A stretch of 32,000 nucleotides of DNA from Thermofilum pendens Hrk 5 (lineage in GTDB: Archaea > Thermoproteota > Thermoprotei > Thermofilales > Thermofilaceae), in assembly GCF_000015225.1 (NCBI RefSeq), contig NC_008698.1, forward strand, positions 30,001-62,000. Direction: 5' to 3'. The position numbers were made by a program, and so were the translations under genes. The stretch's first letter is position 1. Each line of letters opens with the position of its first letter. A model generated the notes under the pieces. That model ran no database searches, was not told the origin of the DNA, and saw only the letters and a list, made by a program, of their open reading frames with translations. Positions 32,000-32,000 of the stretch are shown one piece after another.

Positions 32000-32000
32000 A

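Noticed and set aside
1-32000. CRISPR arrays, rRNA genes, IS elements or transposases, inteins, long tandem repeats
   Set aside because: I scanned the intergenic regions and the ORF products. No regularly spaced direct repeats, no rRNA-like sequence, no DDE or serine/tyrosine recombinase motifs, and no Hint-domain insertions were seen.

Overview
This is a gene-dense (about 40 genes), GC-rich segment of an archaeal chromosome. Several features suggest a hyperthermophilic crenarchaeon of Desulfurococcales type, though this is inference only: A/T-rich TATA boxes sit 20-35 nt upstream of many start codons (leaderless style), two pilin-like proteins resemble archaeal type IV pilins (one with a clear class III signal peptide), the tRNA-Gln is archaeal, and there is a ThiR-type (HTH+ThiN) regulator. 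The region 1-22 kb is mostly housekeeping. It holds a partial AmmeMemoRadiSam-type radical SAM gene, a PTP/DUSP-HD fusion, tldD/pmbA, an FdhE-like protein, a DUF89 protein, upp and vapBC. It also holds a TauE exporter, an APC permease, two pilin paralogs flanking tRNA-Gln(UUG), and a nucleoside-salvage cluster (MTA/SAH-type deaminase, two hexameric-type nucleoside phosphorylases, an FkbM methyltransferase). A ykoEDC-type ECF transporter lies divergent from the ThiR-like regulator. From about 22.5 kb the sequence looks less GC-rich by eye and more accessory. That part contains a TrmB-family regulator and a five-gene co-directional cluster combining a SPASM radical SAM enzyme, a B12-domain radical SAM enzyme, a small helical protein and a membrane-anchored LEA_2-like protein. 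It ends with a translationally coupled operon of three uncharacterised proteins. The best candidates for something undescribed are the dual radical SAM cluster (24750-29000), the 29913-31999 operon, the four-fold ATAAC-N3-GTTAT operator array between thiR and ykoE, and a roughly 400-bp AT-rich repeat-bearing intergenic region (13757-14152). I saw no CRISPR array, rRNA, transposase or integrase. All family assignments come from motif recognition by eye, with no database search.
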